Positions 13,627 to 23,306 are shown, counted from the first letter of the stretch. The stretch: DNA of 32,000 nt from Okeania sp. (GCF_035285525.1 NZ_JAYKGW010000090.1:1-32000), one strand, 5' to 3'. Notes: generated from the letters alone by a model not told the origin. Program-made: numbers and translations.

Positions 13627-14011
13627 TTATATCAAATCCGGTAGTATCGGTGTAAAAAGAGTGTGGGAAGGTTGGTAGGTAGTGGACTGTTTCATCTTAA
13701 ATAATGCAATAGATGTAGGTTGGGTTGAGGTACGAAACAAGGGCAAAAATCTTTTCTCCCCTACCCTCCTACTTCTCTACTCCCTAATGCACTATTTTAG
13801 GTGAAACAGTCCAGTAGGTTAAACTTGCTGTTTCTGACAACACCTTCAGGTAGAGCGTGCCATCTTTTTCGTATAGCTCTGGATATCCACTGGTAATGCG
13901 ATGAGAATGTCCTGTCACTTCTCCTTTTGCTAAAATCAGATGGGATAGTTTATTGTCTAAAGTTAGTTCGGTTGGTTGCCAGATAACGTCACCTTGTCGA
14001 ATTGGTTACAT
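13627..14011 (-). pseudogene. Inactivated small gene (RQGDV...GEVTGHSHR type) with a nonsense codon at position 2 and a MITE insertion
   Basis: The minus strand reads AGGAG, 9 nt, then ATG TAA CCA ATT CGA..., giving M*PIRQGDVIWQPTELTLDNKLSHLILAKGEVTGHSHRITSGYPELYEKDGTLYLKVLSETASLT. The frame then enters the MITE at 13815. Removing the MITE and one AGGT copy restores a frame ending at TAA (13627-13629), about 81 codons in all. Confidence 0.6.
13681..13815. mobile_element. 135-bp MITE with candidate AGGT target-site duplication
   Basis: The ends AGTGGACTGTTTCATCT and AGGTGAAACAGTCCAGT are inverted repeats. AGGT flanks both sides (13677-13680 and 13816-13819). The core resembles the copies at 3794-3930 and 3934-4060. 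Confidence 0.7.
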
Positions 14012-14127
14012 TGCGATTTTCTCCTAAACTATTAAATAAATGGCAGATTATTATATTTCTCTGTAAATTACAGGATACATCATTTCATATTTATTTATCA
14101 ACTATAGCAATTTAATATTTTACCGTA

Positions 14128-14159
14128 GGGGTTTGGTCTCCAAACCCTACAGTTTTTTT
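14128..14159. repeat. Palindromic hairpin element GGGTTTGG-TCT-CCAAACCC followed by a T-run
   Basis: Same family as 1646-1664, 1834-1852, 14329-14348 and 14375-14395. Confidence 0.8.
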
Positions 14160-14374
14160 AACAAATAATCACGGTAATAAAAAACTCAAAATATAACTTT
14201 TATCCAACTTTTCCCAATCCCATTTTGGAACTTGATTGGGAAACTAAACCCCGATATTTTTTTTCTCAAATGCTTGAAGATTACTATAGATTTTATGATT
14301 AATTTTTGGGGAAATTTTCCAAATTAATGGGGTTTAGAGACCAAACCCAGACATCTTTATTTCTCAAAATTAAA

Positions 14375-14409
14375 GGGGTTGGGAGACCAAACCCCTACAG
14401 TTTTTTTTT
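14375..14409. terminator. Hairpin with T-rich flanks on both strands, a candidate terminator for the oxidoreductase gene
   Basis: GGGGTTGGGAGACCAAACCCC is followed by TACAG and T9 on the plus strand. On the minus strand the same hairpin is followed by TTTAATTTTG. It lies about 53 nt past the stop at 14448. Confidence 0.4.
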
Positions 14410-14447
14410 AGAAATAATTACTGTAATAAAAACTTCAAAATCTAACT

Positions 14448-16673
14448 TTAATTCAACTTTTCTAAACTCACCAAAGCATTATAATCAGGCACACCTTCCA
14501 CAGAACGTTTACCTTTATCTAATAATACATTTCCTTCCGGCCAATGTACTTGTAAATTACCTGGTTTCATCGGTGCTAAAAATACTTTCCCAAACAACAA
14601 ACCAAAATCATTTTTTAACCGTACATTATCCCCATCTTTCAATCCTAATTTTTCCGCATCAAAAGGATTAATTAAAACTGCTTCTCGTACCGCACCAGTA
14701 ATTGCATCTTTCTGAGACTGCACCATACTATTAAATTGTTTACCTCGGCGAGTTGCTACTAAAAAATATCCCTCCGGCAACTCTTCTTTTGGTGGAGAAA
14801 GGATAGAAAATTTCGCCTTACCATCTGACGTTGGAAAATTCCAACCAAAACATAAATGAGAACCTCCATATTGAAAATTATCTCCTGGTTCTTTTAAATG
14901 TTGAATACCTGAATATTGAGAAATTACCAAAGCAATTTCTTGACGAATTTCTTCAGTATTTTTAAATTCTAACTTATCTGCTAATTCCGGACGCACTAAC
15001 TTTGCTAAATCCATAAAAACTTCCCATTCCGGACGAGATTCCCCAATTCTCGGACCGGGAATTTCCGGACTAAAAATCACCCTTCTTTCCGTGGTAGTTT
15101 CTGTTACTCCTCCCGGAATTTCATAACGAGTCGTCGCAGGTAATAATATTACAGTTTCTCCTGGTTCAACTAACATTTGATTAGAACAAACAATATCCTG
15201 ATGTACTCGCAAAGCCACCCCTTTCATAGCAACTTCCACATAATCTGGAGCTGGCAAAACTTCTAAAAAATTTCCCCCTACAGAAAACAAAACATCCAAC
15301 TTTCCATCTGCCGCATTATCAATCATTTCTGAAGCAATTAAACCAGGATTATTCGGCACAGAAAAACCCCAAAAATTACTCATAACTTCAGCATTTTCAG
15401 AATTAATTTTTCTGCCTCCTGGAAACACCGTAGAATAACAACCCATTTCGGCTCCACCTTGCACCCCAGAATGACCCCGAATCGGCATTAAACCACAACC
15501 TTCTCTACCAACAAAACCTTTAGTTAAAGCCAAATTAATAATAGCCCTAACATTATCTTCCCCACACTCATGTTGAGTAATTCCCATACTCCAAACAAAC
15601 ACCGCTTTTTCGGCTTTTTTCACCATTTTAGCAAAGGCAAACATTTCATCTTTACTAGCTCCAGAAAAACGTTCTAAATCTGACCAAGATTGAGAATTTA
15701 AAGAACTTTTTAATTCCTCAAATTTATTAGTATAATTATCAATAAAATGTCTATCTATCCAATCATTAGCAATCAAATGTTTAATAGTTCCATTAATAAA
15801 TGCCATGTCTCCATTAACATTAACTAAAAAGAAATCTTCAGCAAATTTTGTACCAAATAAAGCACTTTCTGGAATAGACGGAACCCAATAACGTTCCATC
15901 CCCGGTTCCCGATAAGTATTAATCACAACAATTTTTGTACCTGCTTTTTTTGCCCAGTGCAAATATTTAACAGTAACAGGTTGATTATTTGCTACATTTG
16001 AACCAATAAATACCAATAAATCAGTACCAATCCAATCTTTATAAGAACAAGTAGTAGCAGCAGCACCAATAGTAGTTTTCAACGCTCCCGTGCTAGGAGA
16101 ATGACAAATGCGAGCAGCATTATCAATATTATTAGTACCGATCGCCCGTGCAGCTTTTTGCGCAGCATAATAAGTTTCATTGACAGTACCGCGACTCGTG
16201 AGATAGAAACCTGTGCGATCTGGGTGAGTAGTTTTCAGGCGATCGCTAATAACTGCCATCGCTTCATCCCAACTAATACGCCGAAACCCTTTGTCACCTT
16301 TGTCACGGCGCATGGGATAAGGTAATCGCCCCATTTCTCGCAGTTCCCCACTACTTTTATTTTCCAGTTGAGAAACATCTGCCAGTATTTCCGGGTTAAA
16401 TGCTGACATCGTATTCAGACGCAATAATCGGAGGCGAACATTACAGAGATGAAAACCATCCAGAGTCCAGTCTTTCATGCCTGTTGTGCCGAGGGAACAA
16501 CCATCACAGACTCCTTTGTTGAGTATTTCCCAAGCGTAGGGGAGTTGATCGAAGTTTTCAATGCCAGCGCGGATAACTTCCCAGTAGTTATTGGGGTATT
16601 GTTCGCCAATACCGAATGGTTTCCAACTTGCCCAAATTTTCGGATTCCAGATTTTGTTTGGTTTAGGTAACAT
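14448..16673 (-). CDS. Molybdopterin oxidoreductase, FdhF/YdeP-like (formate dehydrogenase alpha-like) family
   Basis: 741 aa. There is an N-terminal Cys cluster (CDGCSLGTTGMKDWTLDGFHLCNVRL). The molybdopterin-binding core follows (FYLTSRG, ICHSPS, VFIGSNVANNQP, GHSGVQGG) with a C-terminal beta-barrel-like end. The size and N-terminus fit YdeP-type enzymes. Confidence 0.85.
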   Translation of the reverse strand: MLPKPNKIWNPKIWASWKPFGIGEQYPNNYWEVIRAGIENFDQLPYAWEILNKGVCDGCSLGTTGMKDWTLDGFHLCNVRLRLLRLNTMSAFNPEILADVSQLENKSSGELREMGRLPYPMRRDKGDKGFRRISWDEAMAVISDRLKTTHPDRTGFYLTSRGTVNETYYAAQKAARAIGTNNIDNAARICHSPSTGALKTTIGAAATTCSYKDWIGTDLLVFIGSNVANNQPVTVKYLHWAKKAGTKIVVINTYREPGMERYWVPSIPESALFGTKFAEDFFLVNVNGDMAFINGTIKHLIANDWIDRHFIDNYTNKFEELKSSLNSQSWSDLERFSGASKDEMFAFAKMVKKAEKAVFVWSMGITQHECGEDNVRAIINLALTKGFVGREGCGLMPIRGHSGVQGGAEMGCYSTVFPGGRKINSENAEVMSNFWGFSVPNNPGLIASEMIDNAADGKLDVLFSVGGNFLEVLPAPDYVEVAMKGVALRVHQDIVCSNQMLVEPGETVILLPATTRYEIPGGVTETTTERRVIFSPEIPGPRIGESRPEWEVFMDLAKLVRPELADKLEFKNTEEIRQEIALVISQYSGIQHLKEPGDNFQYGGSHLCFGWNFPTSDGKAKFSILSPPKEELPEGYFLVATRRGKQFNSMVQSQKDAITGAVREAVLINPFDAEKLGLKDGDNVRLKNDFGLLFGKVFLAPMKPGNLQVHWPEGNVLLDKGKRSVEGVPDYNALVSLEKLN

Positions 16674-16707
16674 AATTTATTTGATTACAGCAGTTTTCAT
16701 TTCAGTA

Positions 16708-16803
16708 AACCACTGTAGGGACGTATTGCTAACGCAAAGCTCCGCTAACGCTGCGCGACATGAAACGCATTTTTGTTATGCAACGTCCCTACAGAGTGTG
16801 GTT
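16708..16803. mobile_element. MITE-like element with AACCAC(T)CTGTAGGGACGT inverted ends
   Basis: AACCACTGTAGGGACGT (16708-16724) pairs with ACGTCCCTACAGAGTGTGGTT (16783-16803). A related GTAGGGACGT...ACGTCCCTAC hairpin is at 30895-30922. Confidence 0.65.
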
Positions 16804-16980
16804 CATTGGCCTGAAAACGGATGTAATTTTTTGGTAAGTCCTGAGAATATAATTTTTATTTGTTAATATTATTTAATTTTTTTGAAGTTAAAGGTGAATT
16901 TTTCTTATAGGTTATATAATGCCGGATAAAAACACAAGGAAACAATTTCAGATGCATACTTTAATAAAAATAGGAAGTCG

Positions 16981-17304
16981 AGGAGAAGACCAAAAGTAGA
17001 AGATGAATAAACATTTCTTACTTTCTTACTTTCTTACTTTCTTACTTTCTTACTTTTGACTTTTGAATTTTAAGTTTTGAAAAAAACCAAAAGACCAAAA
17101 GTAGAAGATGAATAAGCATTTCTTACTTTTGACTTTTGATAACATTTCCTTACTTTCTTAACTTTTGACTTTTAACTTTTGACTTTTGAATCTTAGAAAA
17201 AAACCAAAAGACCAAAAGTAAAAGATGAATAAACATTTCTTACTTTTGAATTTTCAATTTTGACTTTTGAATTTTGAATTTTAAGTTTTGACTTTTGAAT
17301 TTAA
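16981..17304. repeat. Three tandem ~105-117-bp units built from heptamer/octamer repeats (TTTCTTAC, ACTTTTG/ATTTTGA)
   Basis: (A)CCAAAAGACCAAAAGTAGAAGATGAATAAACATTTCTTAC... restarts near 16990, 17086 and 17203. Each unit ends in ACTTTTGACTTTTGAAT-type heptamers complementary to its CAAAAGACCAAAAGT head. The array abuts the ndhH stop codon. Confidence 0.85.
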
Positions 17305-18489
17305 CTACCTATCTACAGACCCCATAATAATGTCAATACTACCTAAAATAGCCACAAGATCTGCCACTTTTGCACCCTGCAAAATATGAGGAAAAACCTG
17401 TAAATTCACAAAATCTGCTGCTCTAATCTTAAAACGCCAAGGGAACATATTATCATCACCAATAATATAAATCCCAATCTCTCCCTTACCACTTTCAATC
17501 CGAACATAATGCTCACCTTTGGGAATCTTAAAAGTCGGAGGAATTTTCTTACCTAAAAATTGGTAATCAAAACCATTCCACTCAGACTTAGGCCCTTCAG
17601 CCATCCGTTTAGCTTCCAGATTTTCATAAGGTCCTCCAGGAAGTCCCTGAATAGCTTGACGAATAATCTTCACCGACTCCCGCATTTCTCGAATCCGCAC
17701 CAAATATCGCGCCAAACAATCCCCATCTTTTTCCCAGTGAACTTCCCAGTCAAAATCGTCGTAACATTCATAATGGTCAACCTTTCGTAAATCCCACTTA
17801 ACTCCAGAAGCTCGTAACATTGGACCAGAAAGCCCCCAGTTAATCGCATCTTCCCGACTAATCACACCCAACCCTGTGATTCGGCGACGGAAAATTGGGT
17901 TATTAGTAATCAGACGTTCATATTCATCAACCTTGGGCAAGAAATAATCACAAAAATCTTCACATTTATCCACCCAACCATAAGGTAAATCAGCAGCTAC
18001 CCCACCAATACGGAAATAATTATTATTTACCATTCGATAACCTGTAGCAGCTTCCCACAAATCATAAATCATTTCCCGTTCCCGGAAGATATAGAAGAAA
18101 GGAGTTTGGGCACCCACATCGGCCAAGAATGGGCCAAGCCATAACAAATGATTAGCAATCCGGTTTAGTTCCAACATTATGACCCGGATATAACTCGCCC
18201 TTTTCGGAACTTCAATATCCGCTAATTTCTCTGGAGCATTAACTGTTACAGCTTCGTTAAACATTCCCGCAGCATAATCCCAACGACTAACATAAGGAAC
18301 AAACATTGTATTGGTGCGGTTCTCAGCAATTTTTTCCATGCCCCTATGTAAGTAACCAATCACAGGTTCACAGTCAACTACATCTTCTCCATCTAATGTG
18401 ACAATTAACCTTAATACCCCGTGCATTGAGGGATGATGAGGCCCCATGTTAATGACCATGGGTTCGGTTCTAGTTTGAATTTGGCTCAT
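17305..18489 (-). CDS. ndhH: NAD(P)H-quinone oxidoreductase (NDH-1) subunit H
   Basis: 394 aa. [48 protein letters not shown] and the C-terminal DIIMGSVDR are hallmark NdhH/NuoD motifs. Confidence 0.95.
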   Translation of the reverse strand: MSQIQTRTEPMVINMGPHHPSMHGVLRLIVTLDGEDVVDCEPVIGYLHRGMEKIAENRTNTMFVPYVSRWDYAAGMFNEAVTVNAPEKLADIEVPKRASYIRVIMLELNRIANHLLWLGPFLADVGAQTPFFYIFREREMIYDLWEAATGYRMVNNNYFRIGGVAADLPYGWVDKCEDFCDYFLPKVDEYERLITNNPIFRRRITGLGVISREDAINWGLSGPMLRASGVKWDLRKVDHYECYDDFDWEVHWEKDGDCLARYLVRIREMRESVKIIRQAIQGLPGGPYENLEAKRMAEGPKSEWNGFDYQFLGKKIPPTFKIPKGEHYVRIESGKGEIGIYIIGDDNMFPWRFKIRAADFVNLQVFPHILQGAKVADLVAILGSIDIIMGSVDR

Positions 18490-18528
18490 TTTGAATATTT
18501 TCCTATGACTTAGATAATTATAGAAATA

Positions 18529-18588
18529 CTAGGTCATTTCAGTTATTAGTTATCAGTACCTCTAGCTGTTTGCGCAGCATGACCTAGG
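18529..18588. repeat. 59-bp element with CTAGGTCAT/ATGACCTAG ends, inverted relative to the copies at 19347 and 19511
   Basis: Its reverse complement, CCTAGGTCATGCTGCGCAAACAGCTAGAGGTACTGATAACTAATAACTGAAATGA, closely matches 19511-19565. Confidence 0.8.
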
Positions 18589-18767
18589 GAAGCCCTATGC
18601 TTGAAAAACTATTGCGCAAGAGAATATATAGCGTTTAAACCCTCAAAATCTCTCTTCAACTATTCTGACAAAACTCTCAAATAAAAAATTAGAAATTGAT
18701 AAGATATTTTTATAGCAAATTTCTCTAAGATTTTCCACCTCAAATGGAGAGAGAAACACTACTGCAT

Positions 18768-18872
18768 TGTTTCACCTAAAATGGTGCATGGGGTAGGGGC
18801 GGGTTTTTCAGGAAATTTTCATCTCTTTCTAGGATTTACATAAACCCCCCCTCTGAGACCTATCCATTACCA
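18768..18872. mobile_element. Composite MITE-like sequence (TAGGGGCGGGTTT...CCTATCCATTACC family)
   Basis: TTTCACCTAAAATGGTGCA, then TAGGGGCGGGTTTTTC...AAACCCCCC...CCTATCCATTACCAAC, parallels 28022-28100. Confidence 0.45.
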
Positions 18873-19270
18873 ACATAATTAGGATTTGCTGAAAAAGTCT
18901 TACCCAGATACTCACTTTTTCTAATCAGGCGAAAATCTGCTACTTTTTCAGTATCTTAAAAGCCTAAAACCTTTACCAGTAAATACTTTTAGATTTAATC
19001 AGCCAGCCCTAATTATTTACAATCTTGAAAGCCTGATTAGTTAATGGTTTCGAGATTTAAAAACAGCAGATGGCTTGACTTTTGCCAGCATCTATGCTAT
19101 TTACCATATCCCGCCCTTTCTGACCTTCCTAATGCTTAATCCCTGCTTTTTGAGAAATGTTAAGAAAGATGTGGGTCAAGCATAGCCCTGAGACGCGACT
19201 TATATTATGGGGCTGGTTTATCTGACAATCTATGGAAAACTCTATGATATAATAATAAGTTTTGAGCGAA

Positions 19271-19568
19271 AAAATTAGGTCTAAAGTCTCCCCTTTTCCA
19301 ATAAACTAAGAGAAAATAAACTTCAGTATTTCAATGCCAATGTTTTCCTAGGTCATGCTGCGCAAACAACCAGAAATAATGATAACTGATAACTGAAATA
19401 ACTTTTGCATAATATAATATTAAATTTTAACTGGAAAATAGGGTCTAAAGTCTCCCCTTTTCCAATAAACTAAGAGAAAATAAACTTCAGTATTTCAATG
19501 CCAATGTTTTCCTAGGTCATGCTGCGCAAACAACCAGAAATACTGATAACTGATAACTGAAATGAACC
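19271..19568. repeat. 165-bp tandem duplication of the rsmH leader, each copy ending in the 59-bp element and CTGATAA heptamers
   Basis: AAAAT(T)AGGTCTAAAGTCTCCCCTTTTCCAATAAACTAAGAGAAAATAAACTTCAGTATTTCAATGCCAATGTTTTCCTAGGTCATGCTGCGCAAACAACCAGAAATA(A/C)TGATAACTGATAACTGAAAT starts at 19271 and 19436. Copy 1 ends in ATA and copy 2 ends in the rsmH ATG. Confidence 0.85.
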
Positions 19569-20413
19569 ATATACCAGTTTTAAGTAATGAATTAATTTCA
19601 GGTTTAGCTATCCGTCCAGGAGGTATCTACTTAGACGCAACCTTGGGATATGGTGGTCATACTCAGTTGATTTTAGCTGCTGCTCCAGATGTTAAAGTAA
19701 TAGCTATAGACCAAGATGAACAAGCGATCACTAACTGCCAAACCTCATTAGTCCATGAAAACTCTAATATCGAATTTTGGCACGGCAACTTTGCCAATTA
19801 TCAACCAGAAAATATTCAATTTGATGGTATAATTGCCGATTTAGGAGTAAACTCTGTACAATTGGATACTCCAGAACGTGGATTTAGTTTTCGGTATGAG
19901 GCGAAATTAGATATGCGGATGAATCAGCAACAAACTATAACAGCAGCCGAAATAATTAATCACTGGGAAGAAACCAAATTAGCAAATATTTTTTATACCT
20001 ATGGGGAAGAACGCCTATCCAGACGTATAGCTAGAAAAATAGTAGAAAGTCGTCCTTTTGAAACTACGACCCAGTTAGCAGAAGCGATCGCCCACTCTGT
20101 ACCCCGCAAATACCGTTATGCTAGAATACATCCAGCAACCCGTGTTTTTCAAGCTCTGAGGATAGAAGTTAATCAAGAACTTTCTAGCCTAGAAATTTTT
20201 CTGAAAAAAGCTCCTAATTGGCTCAAGATTGGAGGTAGAATTGGAATGATTAGCTTTCATAGTTTAGAGGATCGTTTAGTTAAACATGGCCTAAGAGATT
20301 CGTCTATTTTGCAAGTATTGACAAAAAAACCTATTCAACCTCAAGATCATGAAATATCTATGAATCCAAGGGCACGTTCTGCTAAATTAAGATTGGCAGA
20401 AAGGTATTGTTAG
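19562..20413 (+). CDS. rsmH: 16S rRNA (cytosine1402-N4)-methyltransferase
   Basis: 283 aa. [17 protein letters not shown] (SAM site), [23 protein letters not shown] and [12 protein letters not shown] are RsmH/MraW signatures. Confidence 0.9.
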   Translation: MNHIPVLSNELISGLAIRPGGIYLDATLGYGGHTQLILAAAPDVKVIAIDQDEQAITNCQTSLVHENSNIEFWHGNFANYQPENIQFDGIIADLGVNSVQLDTPERGFSFRYEAKLDMRMNQQQTITAAEIINHWEETKLANIFYTYGEERLSRRIARKIVESRPFETTTQLAEAIAHSVPRKYRYARIHPATRVFQALRIEVNQELSSLEIFLKKAPNWLKIGGRIGMISFHSLEDRLVKHGLRDSSILQVLTKKPIQPQDHEISMNPRARSAKLRLAERYC

Positions 20414-20615
20414 ATTTATACTAGAAGTTCTGAGGAAAGAGGGAGTAGAGGAGAATAATTGATAATTTATGTGGAATAATTGACTTAACTTTTAATTATT
20501 CAAGATATCTATATGTTATTTATTTTGTAAAGCAAAAATATTTTGTTTTCAAATACATTAACAGCCAATATGAGAGTATAGGAATTAAAAATTTTTCTGG
20601 GAGTCAGATTATAGC

Positions 20616-22268
20616 ATGAGTCGGCGAGAAACGAAACTAAAATTGATGGTAGTCGATGACGAACCAGACAACCTAGATTTGTTGTACAGGACGTTTCGGC
20701 GAGACTTTAAAGTTTATAAAGCAGATAGTGCCTTCAGTGCAATGGACGTTTTAGAAGCAGAAGGAGAAATGGCACTGATTATCTCTGACCAAAGAATGCC
20801 AGAAATGAATGGCACAGAATTTTTGGGCAAAACCTTAGAAAAATTTCCAGACACAGTTCGGATTCTACTTACAGGCTACACAGATGTAGAAGATTTGGTA
20901 GAAGCTATCAACTCGGGTAAAGTATTTAAGTATATCACCAAACCATGGAATCCAGAAGAACTAAAAGTAGTAGTTCAACAAGCTTCAGAAACCTATAAAG
21001 TAGTTAAGCAACGGACCAATACTTTAACTTTGGCTTTGCGACGAGAGTCAATATTTAATGAAGTAATGAGTGCCATTAGAGAATCATTAGATTACTCTAG
21101 TATGTTATCCACAATAGTAGAAACAGTAGGACGAACTTTTGCAGCTACAGAAGGTAAATTATGGCCAGTAGTAGGTAATCGCCTCATGTCTGAGCCTTTT
21201 TCTTATCAGAGCGCTGAAAATTCTCCCAACGAGTTTCCCATCTCCGAAGAACTACTACTGGAAATATTGCAGAATCCTCAAACCTACTTTGAAGAAGGTT
21301 CAGATAAAAGTAGTTGTAAATTAATCATCCCTCTAATTTATCAGCAAGATTTATTAGCAGTTTTAGCCCTTAATCAAGAAAATAGTCATAACTTTTGGTC
21401 TACTGAAGATGTTGATCTTATAGAAAGTGTACTATCTCAGGCAGCCTTGGCATTATCCCAAGCCCAACTGTATCAAAAGACTAGAAAACTAGCGGAACAA
21501 ATGAGTAATGAGCTAGAAGTAGCTCGTCAGATCCAAAGCAACTTATTACGTCAAAGTTGGCCGGAGTTTGAAACAGTCAAAATACAAGGTTGTTGCTATC
21601 CTGCTAGAGAAGTAGGAGGTGATTTCTTTGAAGTTTATACTCATTCTCAAGGAGATATTTGGTTAGCATTAGGAGATGTTTCTGGTAAAGGAGTACCTGC
21701 GGCCTTATTCATGGCAAGTGCTATTTCGGTCATGCGACGAGAACTTTCTCAAGAAAATCCCCCAGACCCCTATGAAGTAATGCTAAATCTAAATAGCATT
21801 CTGGCAGACGATTTGATTAGTAACAATTGCTTTATTACAATGGTCTTAGCTCGTTACACACCAGAAACCGGATTATTAGCTTATGCAAATGCTGGCCATA
21901 TATATCCCTTAGTTTGGTCTAAAACCTCATTACAAAAAGATTCCGAGGAAGTAAAACCAAGTTTTCTCAAAGAACGTGGCATTCCCATAGGAATATTACC
22001 AAAATGGAGGGGAAAAGCAGGTACGATAGATTTAAAATCAGGGGATGTATTCCTACTCACAAGTGATGGAATCACAGAAGCTACGGTAGTTCAAGGAACT
22101 GCTGATGGTAGGGAAACAACTCGTGTCATGTTGCAACAAGAAGGTTTATGGAGACTCTTAAAGGAGCATAAAGACCAATTAAACCTCGATAAATTATTGG
22201 CCTATATTCGAGCCGATAATCAAGTTCAAGAAGACGATCAAACCATACTATCTCTGGAGGTTCTGTAA
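20616..22268 (+). CDS. Response-regulator receiver / GAF-like / PP2C (SpoIIE-type) serine phosphatase
   Basis: The receiver shows VVDDEPDNL, IISDQRMPEMNG and KPW. The middle ~150 aa look GAF-like. The PP2C part shows GGDFFEV, GDVSGKGVPAALFM and LLTSDGITEA. Confidence 0.85.
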   Translation: MSRRETKLKLMVVDDEPDNLDLLYRTFRRDFKVYKADSAFSAMDVLEAEGEMALIISDQRMPEMNGTEFLGKTLEKFPDTVRILLTGYTDVEDLVEAINSGKVFKYITKPWNPEELKVVVQQASETYKVVKQRTNTLTLALRRESIFNEVMSAIRESLDYSSMLSTIVETVGRTFAATEGKLWPVVGNRLMSEPFSYQSAENSPNEFPISEELLLEILQNPQTYFEEGSDKSSCKLIIPLIYQQDLLAVLALNQENSHNFWSTEDVDLIESVLSQAALALSQAQLYQKTRKLAEQMSNELEVARQIQSNLLRQSWPEFETVKIQGCCYPAREVGGDFFEVYTHSQGDIWLALGDVSGKGVPAALFMASAISVMRRELSQENPPDPYEVMLNLNSILADDLISNNCFITMVLARYTPETGLLAYANAGHIYPLVWSKTSLQKDSEEVKPSFLKERGIPIGILPKWRGKAGTIDLKSGDVFLLTSDGITEATVVQGTADGRETTRVMLQQEGLWRLLKEHKDQLNLDKLLAYIRADNQVQEDDQTILSLEVL

Positions 22269-22273
22269 AATTT

Positions 22274-22705
22274 ATGAAGACCGAGCTTCAAGTACCAAGC
22301 AAACTAAATTTTCTAACTATAGTTGAAAATTGGTTATTAAGCAGTCTAGAAGTAGAGCTAGGAGAAGATATTGATTGGCCACGTCAATCCAACCGTTTAC
22401 GCTTGGTACTGGCTGAAGCTTACTCCAATGTAATCCGTCATGCTCATAAGGACAAACCTCATTTACCAGTTTTAATACGTTTAGAAATTAAAGACCGTAA
22501 TATTGCTTTAGAAATTTGGGATTATGGTCAAGGTTATCAGACAGGAGATTATAATCCACCGACACCAGAGGACAAACAAGAAAGTGGTTATGGGTGGTTG
22601 ATTATTAATAGACTAATGGATAGTGTAGAATATGTTTTACACATAGATGGAGATGGTAGAAATTGTCTCAAGTTGGAAGCGATTATGCCAGACAAAGCTA
22701 ATTAA
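22274..22705 (+). CDS. Anti-sigma-factor-type serine kinase (RsbW/SpoIIAB-like, HATPase_c)
   Basis: 143 aa with an N-box (AEAYSNVIRHAH) and a G-box (WDYGQGY). It starts 5 nt after the upstream stop, so it is probably co-transcribed. Confidence 0.8.
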   Translation: MKTELQVPSKLNFLTIVENWLLSSLEVELGEDIDWPRQSNRLRLVLAEAYSNVIRHAHKDKPHLPVLIRLEIKDRNIALEIWDYGQGYQTGDYNPPTPEDKQESGYGWLIINRLMDSVEYVLHIDGDGRNCLKLEAIMPDKAN

Positions 22706-22746
22706 TAATTAATAATTACCTATGTTGATAGACAATAGAATTGGCT

Positions 22747-22769
22747 AAAAGGTTTTTTCCTTTTTTTTT
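22747..22769 (+). terminator. Weak AT-rich hairpin plus T9 run after the kinase gene
   Basis: AAAAGG-TTTTTT-CCTTTT is followed by TTTTT. It lies about 40 nt past the stop at 22705. Confidence 0.3.
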
Positions 22770-23306
22770 CGATAAATGGAGATAATTTATACCTTAATTT
22801 TTAGGTAAAAATATTTGCTGAAATTCTAACAAGCTAAAAATATTTTTTCTGGAGTTGCAGTCTTTTTTTCCATATCTCTCATTATTAAGTGTTGAGGAAT
22901 TTCAATTACTGGTTATTAGTATGCAAGACTGAAACTTGATAATTGAAATAGAGTGCTAGACCCTAGGGAAAACTTAACTGGTAATAGGATAGGATGCTGT
23001 TAAAGGATTTCATAGTTTATAAATGTCTGCGCTCTTTCCTTTTACTGCTATTATAAAAAAAAATGCTTATTACCTTAGAAATGGTAGGGTTAATATCTTA
23101 ACTTATTAGTCAGCTTTTGAGTACCTGGGAAATGGAAATATGGAATTGATAAAATCAACATAGGCAACTTAAATAAATAATTTAATATTTTAACTGAGAT
23201 GAATAAAAGAGACTGCTATTTTTATATATATTCTTTTATTTAAAATTAGTTGTATATAATAAGAAGAATCTTGAGGAAAGTTTGGTTTTAAAAACAAATT
23301 AGGTTA

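Noticed and set aside
14306-14671. ORF 14306-14671 (+), 121 aa
   Set aside because: It starts in the hairpin-repeat region and overlaps the 3' end of the well-supported oxidoreductase gene on the other strand. The peptide is low complexity.
16591-16866. ORF 16591-16866 (+), 91 aa
   Set aside because: It overlaps the 5' end of the oxidoreductase gene in antisense and continues through a MITE (16708-16803).
18589-19346. Calling the ndhH-rsmH spacer a bona fide invertible promoter switch
   Set aside because: No recombinase gene is nearby, and the flanking 59-bp elements look like ordinary small MITE copies. I kept it only as a low-probability possibility under the findings.
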